Shown here in pieces: positions 20,653-29,632 of a stretch of 48,613 nucleotides of DNA. A program made the position numbers and the translations under genes. This DNA comes from Myxococcota bacterium (GTDB lineage Bacteria > Myxococcota > UBA4151). The stretch's first letter is position 1; the number at the start of each line of letters is the position of its first letter. Location: assembly GCA_036338695.1 (NCBI GenBank), contig JAYZBQ010000092.1, forward strand, positions 1 through 48,613, in the 5' to 3' direction. Below the pieces are notes generated by a model. That model saw only the letters and a list, made by a program, of their open reading frames with translations. It had not been told where the DNA came from and ran no database searches.

Positions 20653-21840
20653 ATGCCACGCCGACTGTTTGTGATGAGCCTGAGCCTTTTCGCCCTAGCC
20701 GCCGCCGGCTTTGGCGCTGGCTTCGCCCGGTACTCGACCCAGGCGCTGATGGTTCTGTGCATCGACCCCGCTCCCATCCCTGGGCGCGTTGATGACGGCT
20801 CGGCGGCTCCGCTGCCCGCCGACCTGTACTGCGCGTACCTCAACTGGATCCGGCGCCCCGACCCCGGCGCGATCGACCCCAACCCGCTGGTGGCGAGGGG
20901 GCCGCGCCAGACGCACCTAGGCTTTGCGCTCGCAGGCTACGAGGCGGGCAACCCGCGCAGCCGCGCCTTGCTTGAGCACCTGATCCGCCGTGGGGTGCGC
21001 TGGGATGAGCCGGCGATCGGCAGGCTACCGCCGCTTCATCTCGCCGTCCGGAGCCGCGCGACGACGCTGGTACGACGCTTTCTTGATGCCGGCGCAAACC
21101 CGCGCACGCGCATCGACGACCCGAGCAAGCCCATGGACGGGCTCGACGCCTTCGACGTGGCGCGGCTGATGCACTTTCACAGCAAAGACCCCATGGATGT
21201 CGACGAGGTCGCCCAATGGATCGAGCTTGAGGGGCTGCTCTGCGATGACCCAAACGTCAACGCCCACGCGCAGACCAACCCGGCGCGCCTTCGCCTCGAT
21301 GGCTCACCGCATCGCCTCGAGCAGATCGACTTTTTTGGTGACGACAACCCCTACCCAGCCGGCAATTACGACATGCTCGCTCAGGTGGTCCATGGCCCCT
21401 TCGGTGATCAAGCGAGCGCCCACCTCGGCTTCGCCAGCGTCTGGCGTACGGAGCGCGTGACGGTGCCGTGCGAGACGACGCCTGGTGAGGTGGATGCGCC
21501 CTGTGCTCGGGACCCTGCGCGCGCTGTGGCGCCCTCACGCCTGGCGGTGCTCAGCACCGTCCCGGCGCGTCCTGCAGGCGAGGATGGTCCCCCGGACGAG
21601 ATCAAAACCACCCCGCTGCCGAGCCTGCGCGACCGCCCAGGGCGCTCGGCGCGGCTCGTGCGCCTGCGCTCCGTTGCGGTCGAACCCCTCGGCTCCAGCT
21701 ATGGCGTACGCGCCGTGGCCGAATTCGTCCAAGGTTGCCATGGCGAGCCATACCTCGAGGAGATCGTGCTGACGTGGCGCGCAGGGCAGCCACAGCGCGT
21801 ACTTATCAAAGACGCAGCACCCTCTACACCGGCTCGCTGA
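20653..21840 (+). CDS. ankyrin-repeat-containing membrane-anchored protein
   Basis: N-terminal hydrophobic segment; PPLHLAVRSRATTLVRRFLDAGANP ankyrin-like repeat. Confidence 0.65.
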   Translation: MPRRLFVMSLSLFALAAAGFGAGFARYSTQALMVLCIDPAPIPGRVDDGSAAPLPADLYCAYLNWIRRPDPGAIDPNPLVARGPRQTHLGFALAGYEAGNPRSRALLEHLIRRGVRWDEPAIGRLPPLHLAVRSRATTLVRRFLDAGANPRTRIDDPSKPMDGLDAFDVARLMHFHSKDPMDVDEVAQWIELEGLLCDDPNVNAHAQTNPARLRLDGSPHRLEQIDFFGDDNPYPAGNYDMLAQVVHGPFGDQASAHLGFASVWRTERVTVPCETTPGEVDAPCARDPARAVAPSRLAVLSTVPARPAGEDGPPDEIKTTPLPSLRDRPGRSARLVRLRSVAVEPLGSSYGVRAVAEFVQGCHGEPYLEEIVLTWRAGQPQRVLIKDAAPSTPAR

Positions 21841-21856
21841 GCCCCCAAAACGAATA

Positions 21857-21888
21857 CGCCGGGCACGCTACCTTGAGCGTACCCGGCG
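21857..21888. terminator. hairpin between convergent genes
   Basis: CGCCGGGCACGCT-ACCTTG-AGCGTACCCGGCG, one mismatch; T-rich tail on the minus strand. Confidence 0.6.
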
Positions 21889-21910
21889 CCATCGCTAGCG
21901 AGCGATCAGG

Positions 21911-22483
21911 CTAGGAGCTTAAGCGATCCGTCAGCTCCACCAGCTGCTCCGAAACTCGGCTCGCCAGCGCCCGCACCCTCTTAGTGCACGGGTCCTGCCC
22001 CTCAGGGTCCAGCTCCAGGCAGTGGACCAGGTCGGCGCTCGCTGCTTCGAGCTCGCCGCGCAGGATCAGCACCTCGGCACGCATGGAGCGAGCCGGGATG
22101 GAGTAGCCGTTGAGCTCCAGCGAGCGGCTCAAGTAACGCACCGCCGCGTCGAGCTCCTGGCGCTCCTTGGCGATCGCGCCGAGTACCATCTGGAAGTAGG
22201 CGTCCAGTGGGTCGAGCGCCAACAGCCCGCGAAAGATCTCATGCGCCTTCTCGAGGTTGCCGTCGGTGAAGTGCGCGTAACCGATCTCCGCCATCTGGTA
22301 CTGATCCGCTTTGGGGATCCCCTCGAGCTCGCCGAGCGTCAGGTCCCCCGCAACGAACTGGCGAACCAGCTCTGGGTTGCGGGTGACGATCGTGGCGCCA
22401 GCTTCCCGGGCGGCTTCAAGGTCCGCCTCGGGAATGGTCGGGATCTCGGTCTGACGGGCGAAGGTGTTGAGTGCCTTGTTCAT
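21911..22483 (-). CDS. SycD/LcrH-like TPR chaperone (type III secretion class II-like)
   Basis: LTLGELEGIP, YQMAEIGYAHF..GNLEKAHEIFRGLLALDPLD, three TPRs; GGAAGGG RBS before ATG 22483. Confidence 0.75.
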   Translation of the reverse strand: MNKALNTFARQTEIPTIPEADLEAAREAGATIVTRNPELVRQFVAGDLTLGELEGIPKADQYQMAEIGYAHFTDGNLEKAHEIFRGLLALDPLDAYFQMVLGAIAKERQELDAAVRYLSRSLELNGYSIPARSMRAEVLILRGELEAASADLVHCLELDPEGQDPCTKRVRALASRVSEQLVELTDRLSS

Positions 22484-22502
22484 GATCGTGTCCCTTCCTG
22501 GA

Positions 22503-23738
22503 TTAGCCTGCGAGCAGCGCCGCGCGTTCGCCCGCCAAGCGGTCATTCATACCCTGCTGCTCGAGCATGTGGTCGCCAAGCCCCACGATGAAGTCTTGGA
22601 CCTGCTCCCAGGAGTTGAACTCGTTGGCGAGACCACCGATCGGCAAGCCCTGCGCCAGACGATCCATCTCATGCTCCACCAATCGGTGGTTGGCGTGCAT
22701 GAAGTTCCCGAACAAGGACGCAATGTTCGGCGGCAGCACCTGCTGGGACAGCAGATCGGTCAGCTCGGTGCGGAACTGGTTGCCCCAAGCGCGAGTTCCC
22801 ACCGCCGGGCGCATCTGGTCGCCCACCCAGTACTTCTGGTTCTGGTCGGTGATCTGCTCGTAGCTGTCGCCCACCTTGTGCGCTTTGGTGATCAAGCCGA
22901 GGTTCTCACCGTTCTTCTCTTTGAACCACTGCACGTTCTCCTTGTCGCCGCCCAGGCGGAAGGTCTCGAGGTTCTTCTTGTTCGCCAGGTGCTGGGCGCG
23001 CCACTCGTAGCCGTCGTGCGTAATCGCGCCGGTCTGCGGCTTACCGTCGACGCCGGTCACGTTCACCTTGTCGGCGCCGTTGGCGATCGTCAGGCCGGTG
23101 CTGACGCTCTGACCGGTCTCGCTGCTCGTCTTGCAGTGGATGCGTGTGCCGTCGGGGAGCGCAAAGTCGCTGGACCGGGTGAAGTCCCAGCGCGTGCCGT
23201 CTTTCTCGGTGACGTGGGGGTCGCCCCAGATGCGGGTGTGCGGCTTCTCGGAGAGCTTCTGACCCGGCGCGTAGATCGACCAGTTGGTCTTGCCTTCCGG
23301 CACGATCGTGTAGCCACCGGCGGTGCGCACGGAGCCTTTGGGGAACCCCTCGGGGTCCTTGGACAGCCCTTTGCCAGCCGGAGGACCGCTGAGGCCCTGC
23401 TGAGGCGCCGGGACCGGAGTCGGCGAAGCGTCCGGGTTGAAGTCATCCCAGCCGGATGCGTGCTCGGGCTCGACGCCGCTGCTGCGCGGATCACTGTTGG
23501 GACCTTGGACGTCCTGGGGTCCATCGACCTGTTGTGGTCCTTGACCACCCTGAACCGGCTGACCGTTGCCCGCCTGTTGCGGCCCTTGGCTGCCCGGGAA
23601 GTTCTGCCCAGCGCCCATGGCTCGGTCGAGCGAGTTCAGCGCCTGAAGCGCCGCCATGGGGTCCGTCAGAAAGGCGTTCTGAATCGCTGCCTGCAGCGCT
23701 CTGTTGTGCATCTGACTGTTCATTGAAGGGTTAATCAT
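22503..23738 (-). CDS. DUF1521/MIIA-like GDPH autocleavage-domain protein
   Basis: TAGGYTI..TRIWGDPHVTEKDG..WDF..FALPDGTRI; Gln/Gly/Pro-rich N-terminus; GGAGGAG RBS. Confidence 0.8.
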   Translation of the reverse strand: MINPSMNSQMHNRALQAAIQNAFLTDPMAALQALNSLDRAMGAGQNFPGSQGPQQAGNGQPVQGGQGPQQVDGPQDVQGPNSDPRSSGVEPEHASGWDDFNPDASPTPVPAPQQGLSGPPAGKGLSKDPEGFPKGSVRTAGGYTIVPEGKTNWSIYAPGQKLSEKPHTRIWGDPHVTEKDGTRWDFTRSSDFALPDGTRIHCKTSSETGQSVSTGLTIANGADKVNVTGVDGKPQTGAITHDGYEWRAQHLANKKNLETFRLGGDKENVQWFKEKNGENLGLITKAHKVGDSYEQITDQNQKYWVGDQMRPAVGTRAWGNQFRTELTDLLSQQVLPPNIASLFGNFMHANHRLVEHEMDRLAQGLPIGGLANEFNSWEQVQDFIVGLGDHMLEQQGMNDRLAGERAALLAG

Positions 23739-23795
23739 GGGCTTCTCCTCCGGGGTGGCATTTGCTGCGCAGCGGCAGCTTGGGTTACACTGGGC

Positions 23796-23822
23796 TTATC
23801 GGTCATCTGTCGTATGCGTTGC
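23796..23822 (-). promoter_or_regulatory. sigma28 (FliA/WhiG)-like promoter
   Basis: Minus strand GCAA-N15-ACCGATAA versus consensus TAAA-N15-GCCGATAA; ends about 58 bp before ATG 23738. Confidence 0.45.
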
Positions 23823-24016
23823 CTGATCGAGGTGTGATTTTCCTCACAGGACTAAAGTCCTGCGCTCTGGCGGCCACTCGGTCGGGCTCGGTCGTCTTCC
23901 GTAGGCCGGCAATCTGCCGTCAGCGGCTGACAAGATCTCAGCAAAGCGATTAATAATATCATATTTTCAGTAATTTAGGCGACAATTCGCCTCAGCAAGG
24001 CCACGGGCGAGCGCTC

Positions 24017-24976
24017 TTAGCGCTGCAGCTTGCGATAGCGACGCTTCATGTTCTCGAGCGCCTCTCGGTACTTCTCGCAGGGGTCGACGTCATCGAGCCG
24101 CGGCGTAAACCAGACGTAGTCGTAGCGCTCAGGCGCATAGTCTTGCGGTGTCATCAGGCCGCTGCGGACCTCGATCAGCCCAATACTGACGGTCTCGACG
24201 TCGAGGTGATTTGGGAGGCCGTAGTCGCGCCGAACGTGACCATTTCCTGCGATCACGACGCCTTGCTGGTCGGCGTCCAGCCCGGCTTGGAGCTGACGCG
24301 CCATGAAGTGGTCTTTGAAGACCTGCGCCGCCACCATCATCGTCACCATCGCGGCGTTGGCCTGACCGCAGTGGCTGGTGCGGATGTCCTGGCGCAGCTC
24401 GGCGCGCCCTGCTGCTGGCAAACGCTCGATTAATTCAGCAGTTTCCGCCTCATGCACTGCGAGGTTACGCGCTCGGCTCATGAGCCGCTTTCGGCTTGGA
24501 TGGAGGGCTCGGATGGGCAGGTTGCGTCGATGCGCCACCTCAAAGACGGGTTGGTACAATGCGAAGGCCGGCCAGCCGCTGCTGGACCACTGCGTTGCGT
24601 CGGCCACGTCCTGCGGCGTCATGCCCGGCTTGAGCGCCGGCGCGTCGAGCTCATCGAGCATCTCAAACCCGACCGAGGCGCCCGCCCTGACTCGCCCCAA
24701 AATCTGAGCCTGGAGGGCGTGATGGTCGGGGTGGTCGTGGCGCTCACCAACCAGCACGATCGCGGGCTGGCGCAGCGCCTCAAACAAGGTCTCTCGGTCA
24801 ACGACCTGCCGAGCACGACGCGACCAAACCGAGCCGACTAAGGGGTGATCGACGTCCAGGCTCGCCTGCCATGACGTCGCCGGCTTCTCTTTGGGGGTTT
24901 GACTCGTCGCGGAGACAGTGGCGCAGCCACCCAAGAGCAGGCACCAGACAAGGACCGTGTATGCAAACCGTGTCAT
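24017..24976 (-). CDS. ChaN/PhuW family haem-binding lipoprotein
   Basis: LGGC lipobox; LVGERHD..HHALQ, GFEM, WSSSGW..YQPVF, AGNGHVR. Confidence 0.85.
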   Translation of the reverse strand: MTRFAYTVLVWCLLLGGCATVSATSQTPKEKPATSWQASLDVDHPLVGSVWSRRARQVVDRETLFEALRQPAIVLVGERHDHPDHHALQAQILGRVRAGASVGFEMLDELDAPALKPGMTPQDVADATQWSSSGWPAFALYQPVFEVAHRRNLPIRALHPSRKRLMSRARNLAVHEAETAELIERLPAAGRAELRQDIRTSHCGQANAAMVTMMVAAQVFKDHFMARQLQAGLDADQQGVVIAGNGHVRRDYGLPNHLDVETVSIGLIEVRSGLMTPQDYAPERYDYVWFTPRLDDVDPCEKYREALENMKRRYRKLQR

Positions 24977-25155
24977 CGCTCAACTCCTCGTCGCTGGCGA
25001 TTTTACCTCGGCTTTCGATCGAGCGCACGCTCGCGTGCAAACGCGCCGGGCGGCGACGAGCTCATGCCAAAGGCCGAGCACAAAAAGTGATCGAGAAGGC
25101 GTGCAAACCCAGCGAATCGGCGCCAAACTATAGGCGTTATTCACAGGGACACACC

Positions 25156-25737
25156 ATGAAGACGACACAGACACTAGGGCGCAACGTGATCAGGTGGTGC
25201 CGGACAGCCAGCCTGGGCTTGCTGCTCGCTTGTGCTCAGGCGACCTCCTTCTCGACGACGGTCGAGGCGCAGACGGAGATCGAGGGCGGTGGTTTACTCG
25301 AGCAGCTCGCAGGCGACATGGGCTTTGACAGCTTCGTCGCCTTTGACGTGACGGCGAACGAGCAGTTCGCCAATCAAGGCGTCGAGCGTCATCAGATCGA
25401 CTCGGTGCGTCTCACGAGCCTACGGCTCAGCGCCTCCGCCGGTGACTTCACCTTCCTGGATCGGCTGGAGTTTTTTGTCGAGGCGGAGGGCGAGGAGCGG
25501 GTGCGTATTGCCCACGGTGGGCCGTTCCCTGAGGGACAGTCTGCTATCGAGCTGACCCTCGATGACGTGGACCTTGCGCCTTACGCTGCGGCGGCGACGA
25601 TGGATCTGAAAACCGTCGTTCAAGGGCGTCGCCCCGATCAGGACACCACCATCGACGCGAGCGTCGACTTCCTCATCGACGTCAACGTCACCGGCGCCCT
25701 GTGCGGCGCCGTCGAGGATGCAGCCGAAGCCTCCTAG
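25156..25737 (+). CDS. hypothetical lipoprotein
   Basis: ATG 25156; LLLAC lipobox; acidic beta-rich body. Confidence 0.7.
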   Translation: MKTTQTLGRNVIRWCRTASLGLLLACAQATSFSTTVEAQTEIEGGGLLEQLAGDMGFDSFVAFDVTANEQFANQGVERHQIDSVRLTSLRLSASAGDFTFLDRLEFFVEAEGEERVRIAHGGPFPEGQSAIELTLDDVDLAPYAAAATMDLKTVVQGRRPDQDTTIDASVDFLIDVNVTGALCGAVEDAAEAS

Positions 25738-27059
25738 CTCGCCTCAGCCAGTCGCTTGACGTGCTCGAGCACGCGGCGGTGAATGCGGCCAATAATCAGA
25801 TCGCTAAAAGCCCTCCAGTAAGCCTTCGGCGCCATATCCAAGGTGTACCAGGTCGTCCCGATCAGCCGGGTTTTTCCGCTCGGTAGAGCCTCGAGGCGGA
25901 ATTCACCGCGCCGGCTCTGGAGCGCGTCGATCAGGTGCGGGGCATGCACGTGCTGATAAGGGCTCCACTCCTCCATCGTCGGCGGCTGTTCAGTGACATC
26001 GAAAGCCAGATGATGCGGCGGATTCCAGACCGTAATGGGCTCGACGAAAGCCCCCGTGGTGAACTCACAGTGGCGAACGGCGCCTACCCCTTCACCGTCA
26101 ATCCGAGCACGCACGGGGCAAGCGATCCCCGTCTTCATGAGCCAATCGCTCGGTGGCGGCAGATCGGGGAAGCTCACCACGTGAGGCCAGACGGCGGCAG
26201 GCGGCGCGTCCACGATCACCTCGGTCACCGTCTGGTGAAGCGCCGGCGTCGAGCCGCTCACGGGGAAGGCGGTCGTCACCGGCAAGACCAACATCAGCGC
26301 AGCGACAGAGGACCCACCTTTTAGCTCAGCCAAACGGCGCCCCAAGACCGCACCGACCGCAGCCAGCGCCCCGGCCAGCGGCATCGCCATGATCAAACAG
26401 ATCCCGCCCTCGAGCGCCAAGAGTAACAGCGCCCCGCCACACAGCGCCAGCGCCAGCCAAGCGATCATGACGCTCCGCCAGATGGTGGTGGGACCGCTCT
26501 GAGCGGCGAGGTAGGCGCTCACAGCGCCCATAACGAAGGGTGCGCCGGCGAAGAGTCCACCGCCGTAGTTGCCAAAGCCAAAGACGCTCACCAGCAAGGC
26601 CACGACGCCCACAGCGGCGCCAGCCACCAGCGCCTTAATCGCTTGGGGGAGCGCAGCAGGAAAGTCGCCCGCCTGTTCCGTGCCCGGGCGCAGCCGTGGG
26701 GGCGCAGCGCAGAGCGCCGCGATCATCAACCAGTTGATGAGAGGGATAAAGAACAACATCCCGATCCAGGGCGAGAGACCGGCATGCTGAGCTCGGCGCA
26801 CGCTCATGCTCACCCCGACCCAGATGAACGGCAGGCTCACGATCGCCATGAGGAGGAAACTGAGTTTGGCGCTGTGGATCCCGTCGAGCCGCATCGCCAG
26901 GGAGGGGCTGAGGTAGGACCACGGGGCGATCCAGACGCCCGCATCGAGAAAGAGGATGACGCTGTCGAGGAGGTACTTGACCAGCAAGAGCCCCACCCCG
27001 TGGCGGAGATACGGTGCGCGCCCTACCGGCGCGCGCCCGAACCATAGCTTCATCATCAT
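25734..27059 (-). CDS. DUF805-like membrane domain + SRPBCC domain protein
   Basis: GGAG RBS, MMMK start; VRRAQHAGLSPW..IPLINW; C-terminal IVDAPPAAVWP, GVGAVRHCEF, IHRRVLEHVK. Confidence 0.8.
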   Translation of the reverse strand: MMMKLWFGRAPVGRAPYLRHGVGLLLVKYLLDSVILFLDAGVWIAPWSYLSPSLAMRLDGIHSAKLSFLLMAIVSLPFIWVGVSMSVRRAQHAGLSPWIGMLFFIPLINWLMIAALCAAPPRLRPGTEQAGDFPAALPQAIKALVAGAAVGVVALLVSVFGFGNYGGGLFAGAPFVMGAVSAYLAAQSGPTTIWRSVMIAWLALALCGGALLLLALEGGICLIMAMPLAGALAAVGAVLGRRLAELKGGSSVAALMLVLPVTTAFPVSGSTPALHQTVTEVIVDAPPAAVWPHVVSFPDLPPPSDWLMKTGIACPVRARIDGEGVGAVRHCEFTTGAFVEPITVWNPPHHLAFDVTEQPPTMEEWSPYQHVHAPHLIDALQSRRGEFRLEALPSGKTRLIGTTWYTLDMAPKAYWRAFSDLIIGRIHRRVLEHVKRLAEAS

Positions 27060-27175
27060 CACCAGCTCCTCATCGGTTCTAGCGGGCGCCTCAAGGAGAC
27101 GACAAGCCGTTATCCACCCAGCTTGAGAGCCCACGAGTCTTGCCAACGCTCGCCGCAGCACCTAGCTCGTGAGAC

Positions 27176-27922
27176 ATGAAAGAGCGGCTTGATGTCTTGT
27201 TGGTCCGGCGCGGCCTCTGCCCGACGCGCAGCCGCGCCCAGGCTCGCATCATGGCCGGACAGGTCATCGTCGACGATCACCGAGTCGATAAAGCGGGCAC
27301 CAAGGTCTCCGTCGACGCCGATATTCGGCTCAAAGGCAAAGACCTCGCTTATGTCTCGCGCGGCGGGCTCAAGCTCGAGGCAGCCCTCGATCGCTGGTCG
27401 CTCCCCTTCGAGGGGCGGGTTGCGCTCGATGTGGGCGCGTCGACCGGCGGTTTTACCGACCTGCTCCTGCAGCGTGGTGTCGAGCGGGTCTATGCGGTCG
27501 ACGTCGGGCACAACCAGCTCGCCTGGAAACTTCGGCAGGACGCACGCGTGATCAACCTCGAGCGCACGCACATCGCCAAGCTCGAGGTCGGTCGACTCGA
27601 CCCGGCGCCGAGCCTAGCGGTCATCGACGTCAGCTTTATCTCGCTGCGGCGCGTGCTCCCAGCGACGGTCCCTCACCTCGCCCCCGGCGGGCGGCTCTAT
27701 GCCTTAATCAAGCCGCAGTTCGAGGTCGGGCGTGAGCGGATCGGCAAGGGCGGGATCGTCCGCGATCCGCAGGCGCGAGACGACGCCGTAGCGGGCGTCT
27801 TGATGACGGCTCACGCGCTCGGCCTCTCACATCTCGGCACCATCGAGAGCCCCATCACCGGCACCGAAGGCAACGTCGAATTCCTCGCTGCTTGGGACTG
27901 GAACCCTGCCGGCGCTCCCTAG
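27176..27922 (+). CDS. tlyA: TlyA family rRNA 2'-O-methyltransferase
   Basis: KERLDVLL (S4), YVSRGGLKL, DVGASTGGFTD, DVSFISL, LIKPQFE, GNVEF. Confidence 0.95.
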   Translation: MKERLDVLLVRRGLCPTRSRAQARIMAGQVIVDDHRVDKAGTKVSVDADIRLKGKDLAYVSRGGLKLEAALDRWSLPFEGRVALDVGASTGGFTDLLLQRGVERVYAVDVGHNQLAWKLRQDARVINLERTHIAKLEVGRLDPAPSLAVIDVSFISLRRVLPATVPHLAPGGRLYALIKPQFEVGRERIGKGGIVRDPQARDDAVAGVLMTAHALGLSHLGTIESPITGTEGNVEFLAAWDWNPAGAP

Positions 27923-27923
27923 G

Positions 27924-29228
27924 TTAGGTGCGAACCCTGCGGTACCAGTCGGGGAGCCCCAGTCGATCGCTCATCTGCAGCAAAAGCCGGTCACGCAACG
28001 CAAAGAGGTTCACCGTATCGGCTCGGTTGTACGCGATCAGATCAGCGAAAGCCCAGAAGGCTTGCTCGCCGCCGGTCGTCACCCGGTCGTACAGGGTGAT
28101 GGCGTCCCGACCTCGCAGGTCGGCGACACGCGCCGCTCGCGGGATGCACAAGGCCCGCTCAACCGCTTTGAGGCCGCCCCGGTGCTTGGCTTGGCGAGCC
28201 AGGTCGAGCAGGTCGGCGAAGCGCTCCGGGATCGGCTCGTGATCATAGACCTTCCGCAACATGGCGACGTCGAACTTGCGCCCTCCAAACAACAAGATCA
28301 GGTGATCTCGATCAAGCGCATCGGGCGCCGCGGTGAAGGCGCTAAAGCGAACAGGCTGCCCGTCGAGGAGCCCGGCGTCCGCGCCGCTCGCCGTCCAGCG
28401 CCCTGGCACCACACGAGGCGCCTCCGCAAGCCACCAGCGAGCGACCTCCTCGTCCACAAAGGCGGTAAATTCATCGGGCGCCGTCGCCACCCCCATGACC
28501 GTCGGCGACCCCGCTCGATCGCACTCAAAGTCCAGCGCGGTCGACCGGTCGCGCCAACGCTCGAGCAAGCGCCAGCGATGACGCGCCTTCGTCTGGTTCC
28601 AACGCGCCGGCTCATCAAGGCGTTCATCGTCCGTCAGCGCCTGCTGAACGCGTACCACCTGCTCCCTCGAGATCACCTCATCGCGACGAGCGACCTCGGC
28701 AAACTGCTGGCGAAAGCGGTCGTGATCGATCGCGCCGCTGGTCCACAGAGCCGACTCGGTGCGGTGACTGACCCCGGGGACAAAGCAAAATGTCTGGTGC
28801 CAGAGGTCGCCGGGCGGGTTGCGGAGCTCATCGATTAACCGCTGGCGCAGCGCGTCATCCATCGGCGGCATCGGCAGCTCAGCGAGCGCATCTGCGTCAA
28901 ACCACCCGACCGCCTCATGATCCAAGGCTTGCGGCTCGTCCTCGCTGTGGACCTGAAAGATCCGCATCACCAAACGCACATCGGCGCGACGCTCACTAAC
29001 GCTCGCCCACTCCGGCCCCACCGTGAGGGTGACACCGAGCTCCTCGGCGCCCTCGCGCACCATGGCGACACGTGCGGTCTCGCCGAGCTCCTGCTTTCCG
29101 CCGGGAAACTCCCAGAGTCCGCCGTGATCACCACCCGCTCGCCTTTGCGCCAGGAAGACTCGCCCAGCCCGACGCCAGAGCGCCCCCACCACGCGCAGGG
29201 TCGGCAACGATTTACCGGGCTGCAGCAT
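27924..29228 (-). CDS. NUDIX (MutT-like) + YprB/RNase H-like exonuclease fusion
   Basis: WEFPGGKQELGETARVAMVREGAEELGV; then TFCFVPGV, LDFE, FGGRKFD, GGLKAVE, YNRAD. Confidence 0.8.
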   Translation of the reverse strand: MLQPGKSLPTLRVVGALWRRAGRVFLAQRRAGGDHGGLWEFPGGKQELGETARVAMVREGAEELGVTLTVGPEWASVSERRADVRLVMRIFQVHSEDEPQALDHEAVGWFDADALAELPMPPMDDALRQRLIDELRNPPGDLWHQTFCFVPGVSHRTESALWTSGAIDHDRFRQQFAEVARRDEVISREQVVRVQQALTDDERLDEPARWNQTKARHRWRLLERWRDRSTALDFECDRAGSPTVMGVATAPDEFTAFVDEEVARWWLAEAPRVVPGRWTASGADAGLLDGQPVRFSAFTAAPDALDRDHLILLFGGRKFDVAMLRKVYDHEPIPERFADLLDLARQAKHRGGLKAVERALCIPRAARVADLRGRDAITLYDRVTTGGEQAFWAFADLIAYNRADTVNLFALRDRLLLQMSDRLGLPDWYRRVRT

Positions 29229-29632
29229 TAGGGCGTGACGTCTTCCGGCAGCCCGGTCAGGTCGTCCACTAGGCTGGCGCTCCCTGGCTGCTCCGGACGC
29301 GCCAGATACCGCACGGTCGCGAGCAGGCGCGCCGGGTCCAGCGGGCGCTTCAAGAAGGCCTTAGCGCCCAGCTCGAGCGCTCTCGCTGCGTCCTCCTCGT
29401 CCGCCCCGAGGATCACCGCCGTCGGCACCTCGGGTGCGACGGTCTCCAACAGCGTCCAGCCCATCAGGTCTGGCAGGTTGAGGTCGATCACAGCGGATCG
29501 ATGCAACGACCCGGGCTTGAGGTCCGTCGGCTGCAGCGCATCGACCGTCTCGACCCCATTTTCTTGGAGGATCTGGCGGAGCCAGGCGGTCAACCATGGG
29601 CCGCTGCCCATAACGAGGACCGGGTCGATCAT
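29228..29632 (-). CDS. atypical single-domain response regulator receiver
   Basis: IDLNLPDLMG, ALELGAKAFLKRP; ATGA and TAATG coupling to both neighbours. Confidence 0.7.
   Translation of the reverse strand: MIDPVLVMGSGPWLTAWLRQILQENGVETVDALQPTDLKPGSLHRSAVIDLNLPDLMGWTLLETVAPEVPTAVILGADEEDAARALELGAKAFLKRPLDPARLLATVRYLARPEQPGSASLVDDLTGLPEDVTP

Noticed and set aside
16670..21900. attR-like duplication of the tRNA-Thr 3' end
   Set aside because: No repeat of ATAGTTGGCTCCA noticed by eye and no integrase present; not called a mobile element
22464..23726. 420-aa plus-strand ORF antisense to the GDPH protein
   Set aside because: Shadow ORF from biased codon usage; the minus-strand gene has the RBS, promoter and domain motif
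27176..27922. TlyA as a haemolysin
   Set aside because: Ordinary rRNA methyltransferase motifs; nothing here supports a toxin role
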